From IMG/VR virus record IMGVR_UViG_3300030441_000216: a DNA stretch of 64,000 bases; one strand, given 5' to 3'. The position numbers and the translations under genes were made by a program. Positions 1 through 9,239 of the stretch are shown one piece after another (position 1 is the stretch's first letter; each line of letters starts with the position of its first letter). The notes under the pieces were generated by a model. The model made no database searches and was not told the origin of the DNA. It saw only the letters and a program-made list of their open reading frames with translations. Source of the DNA: a virus.

Positions 1-1
1 G

Positions 2-178
2 GAATACTTTAATGAAATTTGTGAAATGACAGACAAAGAGAAAGAGTGGTTCGGCATTGAAGAGAATAGTCCATTAGCGAACAGTAAGTTTGAGAATCCT
101 ATGTATAACAAGGGATATGACGATGGGTTTTCGGATGCAATGAATGAGAATGAAAGCGAGGACAAAAATTATGGTTAA
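2..178 (+). CDS. hypothetical protein, 3' fragment (start lies outside window)
   Basis: Frame is open from the window edge and has an acidic C-terminus. TAA at 176-178 overlaps the next start (ATGGTTAA). Confidence 0.4.
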   Translation, partial: EYFNEICEMTDKEKEWFGIEENSPLANSKFENPMYNKGYDDGFSDAMNENESEDKNYG

Positions 179-449
179 ATTTTATGACGAATGTATAGAT
201 AGTTCGGATTGGATAGAAGAAATAACAGGATATAGACCTGTTAATGATTTAATTACTATTAATGAACTAAATGAGATCACACAAGACCCCAATAAAAATG
301 GAGGCGATGATGGTCTTCCTAATCATTGGGATTATCCTTTGAGTGAAATTCCAAACCTTGTATCTGACGGTGCTGATGGTACAAGATATGTAATTGTCAG
401 ATTTGATGATGGCTACAATGGATATGAATATAGGGTATGTGAAATATGA
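171..449 (+). CDS. hypothetical small protein
   Basis: ORF-track 144..449, trimmed to ATG 171, which overlaps the upstream stop and follows a weak SD (GCGAGGAC). Confidence 0.5.
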   Translation: MVKFYDECIDSSDWIEEITGYRPVNDLITINELNEITQDPNKNGGDDGLPNHWDYPLSEIPNLVSDGADGTRYVIVRFDDGYNGYEYRVCEI

Positions 450-504
450 GATTCGCTGAAATAAAGTAAATGGATATTTCATAGTGAAAGGTAGGTAAAA
501 AAGA

Positions 505-855
505 ATGGATAAATTAAGAGTATGGTGGATTCCACAAGCAGGTGCAACGGAGGGAGCATTTTATGTTCCTGTAAAAACAGTTGAAGAAGGCAAAAAAGTA
601 ATGGATATGTTAGCAGCATATGATGCATATCAAAGACAGAATAGAATTAAGCCTGATTATTGTAATTGCGGTGGAATTCAGAGATGGGACGAAGATTCTC
701 AGGACTGGGAAGATTGGTATATGGAAACAGAAGATGACTACTTTGATAATGTGGATGATTACTGTGAACAGTGCGAAAAGGCAGATGAACTTGAAGAGTT
801 TACACATGAATTATTTAAACAGATTGATTGGGAAAAGATCAAGAAAATGTCATAA
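505..855 (+). CDS. hypothetical acidic protein with paired Cys motifs (CNCGG...CEQCEK)
   Basis: AAAGGTAGGTAAAAAAGA leader followed by ATG; ORF-track ORF. Confidence 0.6.
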   Translation: MDKLRVWWIPQAGATEGAFYVPVKTVEEGKKVMDMLAAYDAYQRQNRIKPDYCNCGGIQRWDEDSQDWEDWYMETEDDYFDNVDDYCEQCEKADELEEFTHELFKQIDWEKIKKMS

Positions 856-896
856 TAAATGCGTGTTTTCTTGGATTAGAAAGGTAGGTAAAAAAG

Positions 897-1097
897 ATGA
901 ACGGAATGCAGATATGGGAAGTAAATGGAATTGATGATTTAGAAGGCACTTGTTTTGCACAGTGTTCTACCAAAGAAAAGGCAGAAAAGGCAATGCAAAT
1001 TCTTGAAGAAAACGGTTTTGAAGATATGCTTGAGGTTGAACAAAGTAATTTAAGATTAGACCAGTTATTGATTGGAGATAAATTAATTCAACTGTAA
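897..1097 (+). CDS. hypothetical small protein
   Basis: Same conserved leader (AAAGGTAGGTAAAAAAG-ATG) as gene 505. Confidence 0.55.
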   Translation: MNGMQIWEVNGIDDLEGTCFAQCSTKEKAEKAMQILEENGFEDMLEVEQSNLRLDQLLIGDKLIQL

Positions 1098-1132
1098 AAA
1101 ATTCGTGTTCTCTTAGAATGGAGGTAAGAGAA

Positions 1133-1354
1133 ATGATTGTAAATGCTTATTTAAAAGTAACTCAAAAACAATGGGAAGACATTAAAGAGAAATATGTAGA
1201 ACCGAATATGTATCATATTGTAAGCAGTTCAAAGCGAAAGTGCAAGCGTTGTGACGGATGCAGTGCGTACAATCCTTGTACAACTTATGAAGGATATTGT
1301 GCAGAAGTAGAAGGATTAGTTGACAGAAATTCTACTTGCGAAAGTTGGCACTAA
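1133..1354 (+). CDS. hypothetical Cys-rich small protein (CKRCDGCSAYNPC)
   Basis: The ORF-track start at 1118 is an ATG inside the SD (aATGGAGGTAAGAGAAATG). The true start is the SD-proximal ATG at 1133. Confidence 0.55.
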   Translation: MIVNAYLKVTQKQWEDIKEKYVEPNMYHIVSSSKRKCKRCDGCSAYNPCTTYEGYCAEVEGLVDRNSTCESWH

Positions 1355-1387
1355 ATATGTGTTTCTTATTGATTGGAGGTAAGAGAA

Positions 1388-1603
1388 ATGAAATATAAAA
1401 GACAGTTAAGATGTATAAAGGATTATGAAGAAGATTTAACAGGCGATGATGATTTTGCTACGGTTTGGACGGCTGGTAAAGTATATGGAGCAATTAAGCA
1501 TCATGACGGAACATATACAGTTGAAACAAATATGGGTACAAAAGGAATTGTAGGTGTTGAATATTCATGTACACCAGATTATTTTGAAGAAGTAAAAGAG
1601 TAA
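1388..1603 (+). CDS. hypothetical small protein
   Basis: Same GGAGGTAAGAGAAATG leader as gene 1133. The ORF-track start at 1373 is the ATG inside the SD. Confidence 0.55.
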   Translation: MKYKRQLRCIKDYEEDLTGDDDFATVWTAGKVYGAIKHHDGTYTVETNMGTKGIVGVEYSCTPDYFEEVKE

Positions 1604-1642
1604 AAGAAATTCGCATTTCATGAAAAAGGATGGTAGATAAAT

Positions 1643-1789
1643 ATGTATAGAGTTGAATGGTTAGATATTGATGGAGAACAAAAAGTAATGAGGGGCTTTA
1701 AAACAAGTGAGGAAGCTCATGAGTGGATTAGAACGCATCATTTCGATATGGATTTTGAAATGCCAATGGTATTCTATGATGGCGAATAA
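1643..1789 (+). CDS. hypothetical 48-aa protein (not in ORF track)
   Basis: Leader AAAAAGGATGGTAGATAAAT-ATG; open frame to TAA at 1787-1789. Confidence 0.4.
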   Translation: MYRVEWLDIDGEQKVMRGFKTSEEAHEWIRTHHFDMDFEMPMVFYDGE

Positions 1790-1808
1790 TATAGATTGGA
1801 GGAAAGAT

Positions 1809-1988
1809 ATGTTAGATCTGAATAAGATAGTAAACAACGAGATTGAGAAAGCATACTTAAAAGGAAGAAAAGATGCAGCAAGTGAGTTAAGAGATATATT
1901 ATCAAAGAAAAATAACAATAATGCATATGAAATTGATATGCAAATGATTGATAAAATATCTGAAGAATTAAACCGTGAATGGTCTTGA
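1809..1988 (+). CDS. hypothetical small protein
   Basis: ORF-track 1707..1988 trimmed to ATG 1809, which follows TTGGAGGAAAGAT. Confidence 0.5.
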   Translation: MLDLNKIVNNEIEKAYLKGRKDAASELRDILSKKNNNNAYEIDMQMIDKISEELNREWS

Positions 1989-2020
1989 AACTAAGATTTC
2001 TTAGGAAGGAGTGAAGGGAA

Positions 2021-2212
2021 ATGGCAAAATATACATGTAGCAAGACAAAGGATGAAATTCTTGAAATTATTGCAGAGGAATTTAGAAAAGTAAATAAGGA
2101 TTATGATGATGCAATGCAGAACGACAATGATAAACTCAAAGAACGGAATCAGGGTAGATATGTAGCAATGTTTGATTTGTTACATAAGTTAGAAATTTAT
2201 GAAAAGGAGTGA
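2021..2212 (+). CDS. hypothetical small protein
   Basis: SD GGAGTGAAGGGAAATG. Confidence 0.55.
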   Translation: MAKYTCSKTKDEILEIIAEEFRKVNKDYDDAMQNDNDKLKERNQGRYVAMFDLLHKLEIYEKE

Positions 2213-2218
2213 AGCGAA

Positions 2219-2434
2219 ATGACAACTATTGAAAAGTCAAAAGAGGATGCACGGAACTTAAATGAACTCACGGATCAACTGATTAAGCTGCTTGAATCGG
2301 ATGACAAGCGGTTCTCATTTGAATTTTGTGTAGGTGGCACAATGGAGATTTACGACAAAGAAAAAGAAATCGGTTATGCAGTTCACATTGCACCGATTGA
2401 ATATGATGAAGATGGAAATGCAATAAATTTATAG
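2219..2434 (+). CDS. hypothetical small protein
   Basis: SD GGAGTGAAGCGAAATG. Confidence 0.55.
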   Translation: MTTIEKSKEDARNLNELTDQLIKLLESDDKRFSFEFCVGGTMEIYDKEKEIGYAVHIAPIEYDEDGNAINL

Positions 2435-2443
2435 TAACCGCAA

Positions 2444-2483
2444 AGGCAGTTAGGAGAATAAATACCTAGCTGCCTATTTTATT
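2444..2483 (+). terminator. intrinsic terminator
   Basis: AGGCAGTTAGG-loop-CCTAGCTGCCT stem followed by ATTTTATT. Confidence 0.5.
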
Positions 2484-2505
2484 ACAAGAAAGTGAGGTTG
2501 ATTTT

Positions 2506-4122
2506 ATGAGTACCTATTATGAATATCAAGATGTAGGCGTAATGATAGCACATAAACTTATGGCAATGGACGGATGGGAAGTGTTCGGATACCATGCAGA
2601 CCATAGCGACATGATGACAGATTATTACGATCCTGCTTATTGGGGTGGAATTGCTACAAAGAATGGATATACATTAGTTGTAAATTGTAGTAGTGAAGCA
2701 AAGCCAGAAGAGATACGCAAATACAATTATGACGGAACACTTCAGAATAGAAGTATTTCAGAAAAGATTGCAAAGCTTGAACAGATGACAATGGAAAGAG
2801 GAGCAAGCGAACAGGAAGAAGAATCAGCAAAGAAAATGATTGAGAAGTTACGGAGTAAGGAAAGCGAAGCTTCTGAAAAATATATTGTAACTGGTATCAT
2901 TCCTGGACATATGGCAAATCCACCTAGGATGAATTGGCATATTGAAAAAGATGGTGTCTATGTAGCAAAGGGAAACGGAATCTTAAAGTTTGCTCATATT
3001 GATAGTTATTATAGATATGAAGGCTACATGAAAGATATGCAGAATTTCAGAACCATGAAGCGAGAAGAATATAAAAAATCTTTGATAACAACCTATATGG
3101 GTAGATGGAATGATAATGAAGAAAGTGCAGCACGACAGGCAGACAGTCACATTGAATCAATGGAAAAAGATAAAGCACTCATGGATCAGTTCGAAGCATT
3201 TATCAACAAGATTGATACTACTTGTGGTGGAATGCTTGGAGAAGGAGATGGAGTCGTATATGAAAAGGTAAAAGTTACTGAATATAAAAAGGAAAACAAA
3301 GCTGTAGAAGTTACAGATGGAAGTATTAAAGATGGTCAATGCTTTATTGTAAAGACATCTTTCAATTATGGTCATAACAAAGGATATGTTTATAGAATTC
3401 ATGAAACAGATTATAACGGAAAGAAAATGTATCATGCTTATAAGCTCAATGGAAAGCTCACAAAAGAATGTACAGGAATGGCTAATCAAGCAAATCATTG
3501 GTACATTACAGATAATTTCATAAGATGGTTTGAAAAGGGAAGTCTTGCATGGTGTGAAATTCAAGAAGTTAAAACACCTTATGAGGTTGAAAAGGTTGTA
3601 AAGAAGGTTATTAAGTCTGAAACAAATAAGACAGAAGAAAAGGCAACCGAAACTGATGTAGATGTAAACAAATATACTTATGAAGTGACAGAAGATACAG
3701 ATACACGAACAGGAGAAAGGATATATCTTGCAAAAGTAGTTGAGAAGTTAAGTCGTGAAGAATATATCAAGGTGAATCAGTACATCAAATCTCTTGGAGG
3801 TTATTATAGTAAATTCAAACATGCTTTCTTATTCAAAGAAAACCCATGTGAGAAATTAAATACAACCATTAAAGAGACAGGGAATAATACAGTGGATGAT
3901 ACAACAGAACAGACAGAAACACAAATCACATACACTGTAACAGAAGATGTACACACAAAGACAGGCGAAAAGTTATTTGTAGTAAAGCCTGATACAGAGT
4001 TGTCAAAGTCAGACTTTGCAGATGTAAAGCGAAAGTTGGCAACATTACAGGGATTTTACAGTAGCTTTAAGAAGGGATTTATATTCAAATATGATCCGAC
4101 TGAAAAGCTTAGTACAGTATAA
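2506..4122 (+). CDS. large hypothetical protein with C-terminal tandem ~62-aa repeats
   Basis: 538-aa ORF behind the SD GAGGTTGATTTT. Two homologous C-terminal modules (TYEVTEDTDTRTGERIYLAKV...FKHAFLFKENPCEKL and TYTVTEDVHTKTGEKLFVVKP...FKKGFIFKYDPTEKL). Confidence 0.8.
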   Translation: MSTYYEYQDVGVMIAHKLMAMDGWEVFGYHADHSDMMTDYYDPAYWGGIATKNGYTLVVNCSSEAKPEEIRKYNYDGTLQNRSISEKIAKLEQMTMERGASEQEEESAKKMIEKLRSKESEASEKYIVTGIIPGHMANPPRMNWHIEKDGVYVAKGNGILKFAHIDSYYRYEGYMKDMQNFRTMKREEYKKSLITTYMGRWNDNEESAARQADSHIESMEKDKALMDQFEAFINKIDTTCGGMLGEGDGVVYEKVKVTEYKKENKAVEVTDGSIKDGQCFIVKTSFNYGHNKGYVYRIHETDYNGKKMYHAYKLNGKLTKECTGMANQANHWYITDNFIRWFEKGSLAWCEIQEVKTPYEVEKVVKKVIKSETNKTEEKATETDVDVNKYTYEVTEDTDTRTGERIYLAKVVEKLSREEYIKVNQYIKSLGGYYSKFKHAFLFKENPCEKLNTTIKETGNNTVDDTTEQTETQITYTVTEDVHTKTGEKLFVVKPDTELSKSDFADVKRKLATLQGFYSSFKKGFIFKYDPTEKLSTV

Positions 4123-4152
4123 AAAAGGTGGTTGAAATATACCACCTTTTAT
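4122..4152 (+). terminator. intrinsic terminator
   Basis: AAAGGTGG-loop-CCACCTTT hairpin with an A-run before and a T-run after. Confidence 0.6.
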
Positions 4153-4163
4153 AATGAAAGGAA

Positions 4164-4370
4164 ATGGTAAATATGGTAATTGGAAATTATAAATATGGAA
4201 TTAGTTATCTTCCAGACAATTGTATAGCTTATAGAGACGGTTATAGATATGGTGCATATAAAGAAAACATCAATAACAAAAATGATATACATATAACAGA
4301 ATGGTTCAAAACAAAAGATGAGATACAAAAATTCGTAAATCAACATAAAGAATATGGAAAAGAGGTATAG
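4164..4370 (+). CDS. hypothetical small protein
   Basis: SD GAAAGGAAATGGTAAAT-ATG. Confidence 0.5.
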   Translation: MVNMVIGNYKYGISYLPDNCIAYRDGYRYGAYKENINNKNDIHITEWFKTKDEIQKFVNQHKEYGKEV

Positions 4371-4373
4371 AAT

Positions 4374-6008
4374 ATGTTCACAGATAATAAAGATTTCTAC
4401 CCAACACCACAAAATCTTATAGATAAAATGCTTGATGGATTGGATTGGAAAATGATACATACAGTTCTTGAACCATCAGCAGGTAAGGGAAATATTGTTG
4501 AAGCATTAAAGAAAAAGGAAGATTTTAATAACAGATGGTACACAACAATCAAGTTAAATATTGACTGTATAGAGAATGACGTAAACTTACGAGCAGTATT
4601 AAAGGAAAAGAATTTCAGAGTTGTACATGATGATTTTTTGACATACGACACAATGAAGGAATATGACTTAATTATTATGAATCCTCCGTTCTCAAATGGA
4701 TGTAAACATCTGTTAAAAGCATTGGAAATGCAACAGAGAAATGGCGGTGCTGTTATTTGTCTACTTAACGCAGAGACATTAAAAAATGAATGCAACAATG
4801 AAAGAATAATGCTGAATAGAATGTTAGAAGAATACAATGCAGACATTCAGTATATTCAGGATGCTTTTATGGATGCAGAGAGAAAAACAAACGTTGAAAT
4901 TGCATTGATAAAAGTAAAACTTCCAGATGTACAGAGAGATTCTTTTATCTTTGATAGCTTAGAGAAAGCCAAGGAACAGAGAGAATATACATATAACACA
5001 GAAAACACGCAGCTTGCAGAAAATGATTTTTTAAAGGCAATAGTCGAACAGTATAAAATGGAAGTTGAAGCAGGCGTGAAACTCATTAAAGAGTATTATG
5101 CAATGTCACCACATATCCTATATCAGTTTGGAAAAGACAAGCAGACAGGACAGACAATACAGACTGGCGGTTGCGTGTTAAATCTTAGTATTGGAAAAGA
5201 TAGTGCATCAGTAAACGGATATATAAGAGAAATTCGTGGTAAATATTGGTCAGCATTATTTGATAATCCGAAGTTCATTGGTCAGCTCACAAATAATTTG
5301 CAGAGAGAATACTATAACAAGGTCGAAGAATTAAAAGACTATGAATTTTCGCTGCACAATATATACGAACTGAAAATTGATATGAGCAAGAAAATCATAA
5401 AGGGAATTGAAGATACAATTATTTCACTCTTTGAAGAACTGAGTAATAAATATTCCTATTATGATGAATGCAGTAAGAACATTCATTATTTTAATGGATG
5501 GAAAACAAATAAAGCATGGATTATAAATAAAAAAGTAATCATTCCATTAAGAGGATGGAGAGATTTGGAATATTCATGGGGTGGATTTAAACCAACCGAT
5601 CACGATGTAGTAAGCAAATTAAGAGATATTGAAAAGTGCTTCAATTATCTTGATGGCGGCTTGACAGAAGCAGTTGATTTATTCCAGTCACTAGAATTTG
5701 CTGAAGAATATGGAGAGTCAAAAGATATTGTATTGAAGTATTTCAATGTAACTTTTTATAAGAAGGGAACTTGCCACATTACATTTACAAATGAAGAGTT
5801 ATTGAAAAAGTTCAATATATTTGGAGCACAACATAAAGGATGGCTGCCACCTTCATATGGAAAGAAAAAATATTCTGATATGACATTAGAAGAAAAAGCA
5901 GTTGTAAATGACTTTGAAGGTGAAGTTGAATACAACAAGGTAATGTGCAACACAAGTTATTATCTGGCAGACACAAACAGTATGTTGATGTTGGATATGG
6001 CAGAATAG
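4374..6008 (+). CDS. N6-adenine DNA methyltransferase (gamma-type order) with ~340-aa C-terminal domain
   Basis: FYPTPQ...EPSAGKGN (motif I) and IMNPPF (motif IV NPPF); SD AAGAGGTATAGAAT-ATG. Confidence 0.85.
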   Translation: MFTDNKDFYPTPQNLIDKMLDGLDWKMIHTVLEPSAGKGNIVEALKKKEDFNNRWYTTIKLNIDCIENDVNLRAVLKEKNFRVVHDDFLTYDTMKEYDLIIMNPPFSNGCKHLLKALEMQQRNGGAVICLLNAETLKNECNNERIMLNRMLEEYNADIQYIQDAFMDAERKTNVEIALIKVKLPDVQRDSFIFDSLEKAKEQREYTYNTENTQLAENDFLKAIVEQYKMEVEAGVKLIKEYYAMSPHILYQFGKDKQTGQTIQTGGCVLNLSIGKDSASVNGYIREIRGKYWSALFDNPKFIGQLTNNLQREYYNKVEELKDYEFSLHNIYELKIDMSKKIIKGIEDTIISLFEELSNKYSYYDECSKNIHYFNGWKTNKAWIINKKVIIPLRGWRDLEYSWGGFKPTDHDVVSKLRDIEKCFNYLDGGLTEAVDLFQSLEFAEEYGESKDIVLKYFNVTFYKKGTCHITFTNEELLKKFNIFGAQHKGWLPPSYGKKKYSDMTLEEKAVVNDFEGEVEYNKVMCNTSYYLADTNSMLMLDMAE

Positions 6009-6017
6009 GAGGTCATA

Positions 6018-6284
6018 ATGGAAATTCACAAAACTACAGATTATTTTAACATTACGAAAGAAGAAGCAGGTAAGATTCGTAACGGACATGGTACACGAGA
6101 AGAAGCAGAAGTGTTAGATTCTGGGCTTGAGCATTATTTCTTTGAAACTTTAGAAGGTCTTACGAAGGAATATAATTCTAAAGAACGTAAGGAATATATC
6201 AAGAAAAAGGGTTATGACGTAATCTTGTTTGAATTTGTAGCAGACAATAGTAATCATAATAAATATTGCATGGTCTTTAGATAG
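6018..6284 (+). CDS. hypothetical small protein
   Basis: SD AGGAGGTCATA-ATG. Confidence 0.55.
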   Translation: MEIHKTTDYFNITKEEAGKIRNGHGTREEAEVLDSGLEHYFFETLEGLTKEYNSKERKEYIKKKGYDVILFEFVADNSNHNKYCMVFR

Positions 6285-6296
6285 GAGCGTGATTAT

Positions 6297-6470
6297 ATGG
6301 CATATTACAGTAGTCCACGAAAGTATGAAAACGCAACAGGTAAAAGATTTACAACAAATTGTAGTTGTATTCATGTAACAGGTAGTGTTAGAGGTATGGT
6401 AAAGTTAGGATTTTGGAGTAAATATAGCGACAAGGTAAGACATGGAAACTGGATTTATCAGCAACCATAG
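6297..6470 (+). CDS. hypothetical 57-aa protein (not in ORF track)
   Basis: SD TAGGAGCGTGATTAT-ATG; open frame to TAG at 6468-6470. Confidence 0.4.
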   Translation: MAYYSSPRKYENATGKRFTTNCSCIHVTGSVRGMVKLGFWSKYSDKVRHGNWIYQQP

Positions 6471-6483
6471 AAAGGATGATTAT

Positions 6484-6759
6484 ATGGCACAACAAATATA
6501 TTACTTGCATAGCTGCAATGAATGGAAAGAATATTCTAGTATGAGTCTTTTATTCATTGGCACATCACAACAGAAGTTAAAGATGAAAATCTCGAAAGAG
6601 ATTGAAGAAGGCAATATGGAATATTATGATGGCGACTTATCTCAAAAAGAGCAAGCTAAAAAGTTTCGCAAAGACTGGAAAACTGAAACAAGAGCTACAA
6701 TTAATTCAAGATTAACATATGGAGATTTTGATTATACATATAATAATGAAGAAATGTAA
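6484..6759 (+). CDS. hypothetical small protein
   Basis: ORF-track 6442..6759 trimmed to ATG 6484 after AAAGGATGATTAT. Confidence 0.5.
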   Translation: MAQQIYYLHSCNEWKEYSSMSLLFIGTSQQKLKMKISKEIEEGNMEYYDGDLSQKEQAKKFRKDWKTETRATINSRLTYGDFDYTYNNEEM

Positions 6760-6813
6760 TCAAAGGAAATTGTAATTTACAGCGAAATTTAAGAAAGGTA
6801 AAAGGTGATTTAT

Positions 6814-7065
6814 ATGAAAAAATATGTAGTAATTTGTTATGCAGTACACGAAAAGGAAATCGCAAGTCATAATACATTTGATAATGAGGATGATGCTTAT
6901 GCATTTCTCGAAAAGGATGCACAGAATACTTATGAAGAAGAAATGAATAACGCAAGCGAAGAAGATAAGAATTCGATTGATTTTACAATAAGTGATGATG
7001 GTTCAGCATATCTTTCATCTTATGATGGAGAATATGAATGGACTTGGGAAGTAATTGAGGTTTAA
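6814..7065 (+). CDS. hypothetical acidic small protein
   Basis: ATG 6814 follows AAAGGTAAAAGGTGATTTAT. Confidence 0.55.
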   Translation: MKKYVVICYAVHEKEIASHNTFDNEDDAYAFLEKDAQNTYEEEMNNASEEDKNSIDFTISDDGSAYLSSYDGEYEWTWEVIEV

Positions 7066-7078
7066 TACAGAGAATAAT

Positions 7079-7116
7079 AAGACAGACGCAAACAAATGTG
7101 TCTGTCTTATTTATTT
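7079..7116 (+). terminator. intrinsic terminator
   Basis: Perfect 9-bp stem AAGACAGAC / GTCTGTCTT followed by ATTTATTT. Confidence 0.65.
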
Positions 7117-7132
7117 GGAAGGAGCGAATGAA

Positions 7133-7471
7133 ATGATTATATTGCAAAGAGATTCACGGTATGAGGTGGGTGATCCTGATTGTGTGTTCAAAGTAAAATC
7201 AGGTGACTTAATTACGCCTATAAAGCGAATTGGATATAAAACTACATTTGATGATTGGAAAGATTACGGAGAAATTACGGATGAAGATATAAAAGATTTA
7301 TATATTTTCTGTTGTCCTAATAACGATGAAACTCAAACAGAAGTTTATATTTCAATTTGTTCAAATTGGGATTTAATTTTTGTTGGTAGATATAAAGGTA
7401 TTTTCTTTGATAATACAGAGGCTATTACAGCAAAAATTAATGCATGGATTAACAACAATATGGAGGTGTGA
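7133..7471 (+). CDS. hypothetical protein
   Basis: ORF-track 7055..7471 would span the terminator, so it is trimmed to ATG 7133 after GGAAGGAGCGAATGAA. Confidence 0.55.
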   Translation: MIILQRDSRYEVGDPDCVFKVKSGDLITPIKRIGYKTTFDDWKDYGEITDEDIKDLYIFCCPNNDETQTEVYISICSNWDLIFVGRYKGIFFDNTEAITAKINAWINNNMEV

Positions 7472-7695
7472 CTATGAATACGTTAGAAGATATTTTAAAT
7501 GCATTAGGAAGTAAAAAATCATTCTTAGACAAGATAATAATTGATGAAGATGGTGGAAGGCAACCATTCACTAAAGGCGGTGCTAAAGCATATGAAAAAT
7601 TGACAGAAATCTTATATGCGGTTGGAGAACTTACTAACACAGATATGAATGATATTGTTGAAGAATTAGATAGTATAGCAAATCAGGATATGTAG
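7468..7695 (+). CDS. hypothetical small protein
   Basis: SD ATGGAGGTGTGACT-ATG; overlaps the upstream stop. Confidence 0.55.
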   Translation: MTMNTLEDILNALGSKKSFLDKIIIDEDGGRQPFTKGGAKAYEKLTEILYAVGELTNTDMNDIVEELDSIANQDM

Positions 7696-7707
7696 GAGGT
7701 AAGCGAA

Positions 7708-7911
7708 ATGGTACAATTACGGCAATACAAAATGGTTGAAGGAATTGGAAGTCATTGGAATAAACGATGGGAAATCCAAGAGAAATATAAATATTTTGAA
7801 AATGGAGAATGGGTTTATTCCTGGCATTTAGTATTTTGGAGCAGTGATAAAGCGAGATGCGAAGAAGTGTTTGAGAAATATAAAAAATTAGGAGGTAAGC
7901 GAAATGATTGA
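7708..7911 (+). CDS. hypothetical small protein
   Basis: SD GGAGGTAAGCGAAATG. Confidence 0.55.
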   Translation: MVQLRQYKMVEGIGSHWNKRWEIQEKYKYFENGEWVYSWHLVFWSSDKARCEEVFEKYKKLGGKRND

Positions 7912-8215
7912 GTTAAAAGATTTATTGGAAGAAAATGAAACACTTGTAACATTTCATCTTTGCAATGAATATTGGTCACGGAATGCAATCACAGTAAAAG
8001 GAAATGATGATATTTCTGGTGCATTAGAAATGACATTACATAGAATACTTGAAGCTGGTGGAATAGAAGATGATGTAAAGCGAATTATGGGTGCTGAAAT
8101 TCCAACAGAAGATGAACTAAAAGAACTTGAAGAGTTTGATGAATTTAGTTGGATAGATTTAGGTTATGTATTACCTGGTTTAATTGATTTATGGGAAGAA
8201 AGCGAGGTTGATTGA
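7904..8215 (+). CDS. hypothetical acidic protein
   Basis: SD GGAGGTAAGCGAAATG; overlaps the upstream stop. Confidence 0.55.
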   Translation: MIELKDLLEENETLVTFHLCNEYWSRNAITVKGNDDISGALEMTLHRILEAGGIEDDVKRIMGAEIPTEDELKELEEFDEFSWIDLGYVLPGLIDLWEESEVD

Positions 8216-8216
8216 T

Positions 8217-9191
8217 ATGACAATAGAAATATTAAAAACCAGAATAGATGAAATATTAAAGAAAATGTGGGGTGTAAATGAAGATGGTGGCATCGAAATT
8301 TATACTGACTACAGAGAAAGAGAACTTTCTGATAGTTTCTTAAAAGAGATATTTGAGCATGATAATCCAAGAGAGGCATTTAATGATGAATTAGCTGATT
8401 GGGCTATGGATTATGCAATGGAGTATGGAGAAGATGAGTTTGAAAAGGATATTCGTGAAGAAATGACGGATGAAGAGGAAGAGTATTTTACAGATAATTT
8501 TAATGAGATATGGGAGTATGTAAGAGAAAATACATATTTTTATTACAACGCCGAGGATTTTAATAATGAAGTCAAAGTAAATATTATGGTGGATTGTGGT
8601 AATTGGAATTACGATTGCGTTTGCGATAATGTTCTGAATTGGTATGGAAATTCAGGAGATGGAAGTATTGACAAAGAATCATCTATGCTATGGTTAGCAA
8701 AAACACAAGGTAAAGCAACAGCATTAAGAAAGGCATGTAAACAAGTACATAGGGATGATGGATATTATGTAGATAGAGATAAAAACAAAGACAAATTTAT
8801 AGAAAGCTGCATACAGGAATTTGAAAATCTTCCATCACATATGGCAACTGTAACATTTCTTGTAAAAATGCCGTTATTTGATTTGTTTGATTTAATCGAA
8901 TTACAGAATAAAGAATATGACGAAAAAGGAAAATATGATCCACGAAAGAATGAAAAATCAAAATCTTATATAGTTCTTGGAAAAGAAACAATGTGTGGGT
9001 TGTATGATTCTTGGTCTGGTGGTGGTTCTGTATTAGAAGTAGAACTGGATAAGGATGTTAAACTTCCTATTAAATATGCAATCTTTTGTGTAGAGGGATG
9101 TAAGATGCATGGATATGATATTGATGAAGTTTATGGACTGATTGATAGTTGTTGGAAAGAAACAGTAAAGGAAATAAAAGAGGTTGCATAA
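8217..9191 (+). CDS. hypothetical acidic protein (324 aa)
   Basis: ATG 8217 follows GAAAGCGAGGTTGATTGAT, 1 nt after the upstream stop; ORF-track 8184..9191. Confidence 0.7.
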   Translation: MTIEILKTRIDEILKKMWGVNEDGGIEIYTDYRERELSDSFLKEIFEHDNPREAFNDELADWAMDYAMEYGEDEFEKDIREEMTDEEEEYFTDNFNEIWEYVRENTYFYYNAEDFNNEVKVNIMVDCGNWNYDCVCDNVLNWYGNSGDGSIDKESSMLWLAKTQGKATALRKACKQVHRDDGYYVDRDKNKDKFIESCIQEFENLPSHMATVTFLVKMPLFDLFDLIELQNKEYDEKGKYDPRKNEKSKSYIVLGKETMCGLYDSWSGGGSVLEVELDKDVKLPIKYAIFCVEGCKMHGYDIDEVYGLIDSCWKETVKEIKEVA

Positions 9192-9239
9192 AACCAAAGG
9201 AAAGAACTGTTTCTTGAAAAGAAAGTGAGGTAAAAAATT

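Noticed and set aside
1118-1603. Identical MEVREM N-termini on two neighbouring ORFs
   Set aside because: The shared residues come from an ATG inside the SD (ATGGAGGTAAGAGAAATG), not from protein paralogy. True starts are 1133 and 1388.
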